Assembly (NCBI GenBank): GCA_963823665.1
Contig: CAWGMQ010000002.1
Span: 160,001 to 224,000 of the forward strand
DNA from: an uncultured Planctomycetota bacterium
GTDB taxonomy: Bacteria; Planctomycetota; Planctomycetia; Isosphaerales; Isosphaeraceae
DNA length: 64,000 nt
Reading direction: 5' to 3'
Positions 63,088-64,000 of this stretch are shown here, one piece after another. The translations under genes were made by a program, and so were the position numbers. A model generated the notes under the pieces. That model saw nothing but the letters and a program-made list of their open reading frames with translations, was not told the DNA's origin and searched no databases. The stretch's first letter is position 1. Every line of letters starts with the position of its first letter.

Positions 63088-64000
63088 ATGGCCATCGCAA
63101 CGCTGCAGTTGACTCGAGGCCGATATCTAGTCTCGATCTTAGCATCATTGATCGGCTGTGGCTCTCTTCAGGCAGGCGAACCCCGTGCGCCAAACATCGT
63201 GATCCTGATCGCCGACGACCTCGGTTACGGAGATTTAGGCTGCTTTGGCCACCCAACCATCCGCACGCCACACCTCGACCGCATGGCAGCCGAGGGGATC
63301 AAGCTCTCTCAGTTTTATGCGGCCCATCTCTGCACGCCAAGCCGAGCTGCCCTTTTGACGGGTCGGCTACCAATCCGCAGCGGGCTCAATGTCGTTCTTT
63401 TCCCGAACTCAACCGGGGGAATACCCGACGGGGAAATCACCCTGGCTGAGGCACTGAAGGCACGCGGTTATGCAACGTCTTGTATCGGCAAATGGCATCT
63501 CGGCCATCTGCCCGCCTATCTGCCAACGCGGCACGGGTTCGATCACTATTTCGGCATCCCTTACAGCAACGACATGGTTGCGACGAAGGAGGCGTATCCT
63601 CCAATCCCACTCTTCCGCGATGAAGCGATCGTCGAGCAGCCCGCTGTGCAAGAAACCCTCACGCTACGCTACACGCGCGAGGCAATCTCATTCATCCGGA
63701 GCCATTGCGCCACCGCGCGGGCCCAGCCGTTCTTTCTCTACCTGGCCTACACCTTCCCGCACATTCCGCTCCATGCCAGCAAGGCTTTCCGCGGAAAGAG
63801 CCCGCGGGGGCTCTTCGGCGATACCGTCGAAGAAATCGATTGGAGCGCCGGCCAGATCCTCGCTGCTCTTCGCGACGAGGGAATAGCCGAGTCAACGCTC
63901 GTCGTCTTTACCAGCGACAACGGCCCCTGGCTGAGCCAGAAACTGAACGGAGGCTCGGCAGGCCTCCTGCGCGAGGGCAAGGGCTCAACCTGGGAAGGCG
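63088..64000 (+). CDS. S1 sulfatase (arylsulfatase A-like), 3' end truncated by the window edge
   Basis: ATG after a GAAGGAG RBS; PNIVILIADDLGYGD, LCTPSRAALLTGR, GKWHLGH, GIPYSNDM, FTSDNGPW, GKGSTWEG. Not in the ORF track because it has no stop in the window. Confidence 0.93.
   Translation, partial: MAIATLQLTRGRYLVSILASLIGCGSLQAGEPRAPNIVILIADDLGYGDLGCFGHPTIRTPHLDRMAAEGIKLSQFYAAHLCTPSRAALLTGRLPIRSGLNVVLFPNSTGGIPDGEITLAEALKARGYATSCIGKWHLGHLPAYLPTRHGFDHYFGIPYSNDMVATKEAYPPIPLFRDEAIVEQPAVQETLTLRYTREAISFIRSHCATARAQPFFLYLAYTFPHIPLHASKAFRGKSPRGLFGDTVEEIDWSAGQILAALRDEGIAESTLVVFTSDNGPWLSQKLNGGSAGLLREGKGSTWEG

Overview
GC-rich bacterial DNA that looks like a planctomycete, probably Isosphaeraceae-like. 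The basis is two DUF1549/DUF1553+DUF1501 pairs, two PVC-type heme-binding CxxCH proteins, a DUF1559 prepilin-like gene, sulfatases and three Gfo/Idh/MocA oxidoreductases. Most of the window is ordinary planctomycete catabolic and periplasmic gene content. The most interesting part is a minus-strand unit at about 55.6-59.6 kb. It starts with a secreted-type leader ORF with a CxxxxC motif and a C-terminal FHPPP, whose His-Pro codons are complementary to the next gene's ribosome-binding site. It continues with an unusually Met-rich DUF1559 pilin-like gene, an APC amino-acid permease, and an AhpD-like gene split by an in-frame UGA in a CxxU motif followed by a SECIS-like hairpin (probable selenoprotein). 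Other points: a complete IS3-family element (inverted repeats, 4-bp CTTG target duplication, A7G frameshift site) inserted at about codon 5 of blaI, next to a decayed M56/BlaR1 partner; three toxin-antitoxin-like modules whose toxins are all destroyed; a 260-bp duplication of the selenoprotein 3' half bracketing an HNH cassette; and five single-base homopolymer frameshifts that are probably long-read errors. All family assignments come from motif recognition by eye; no database searches were run.
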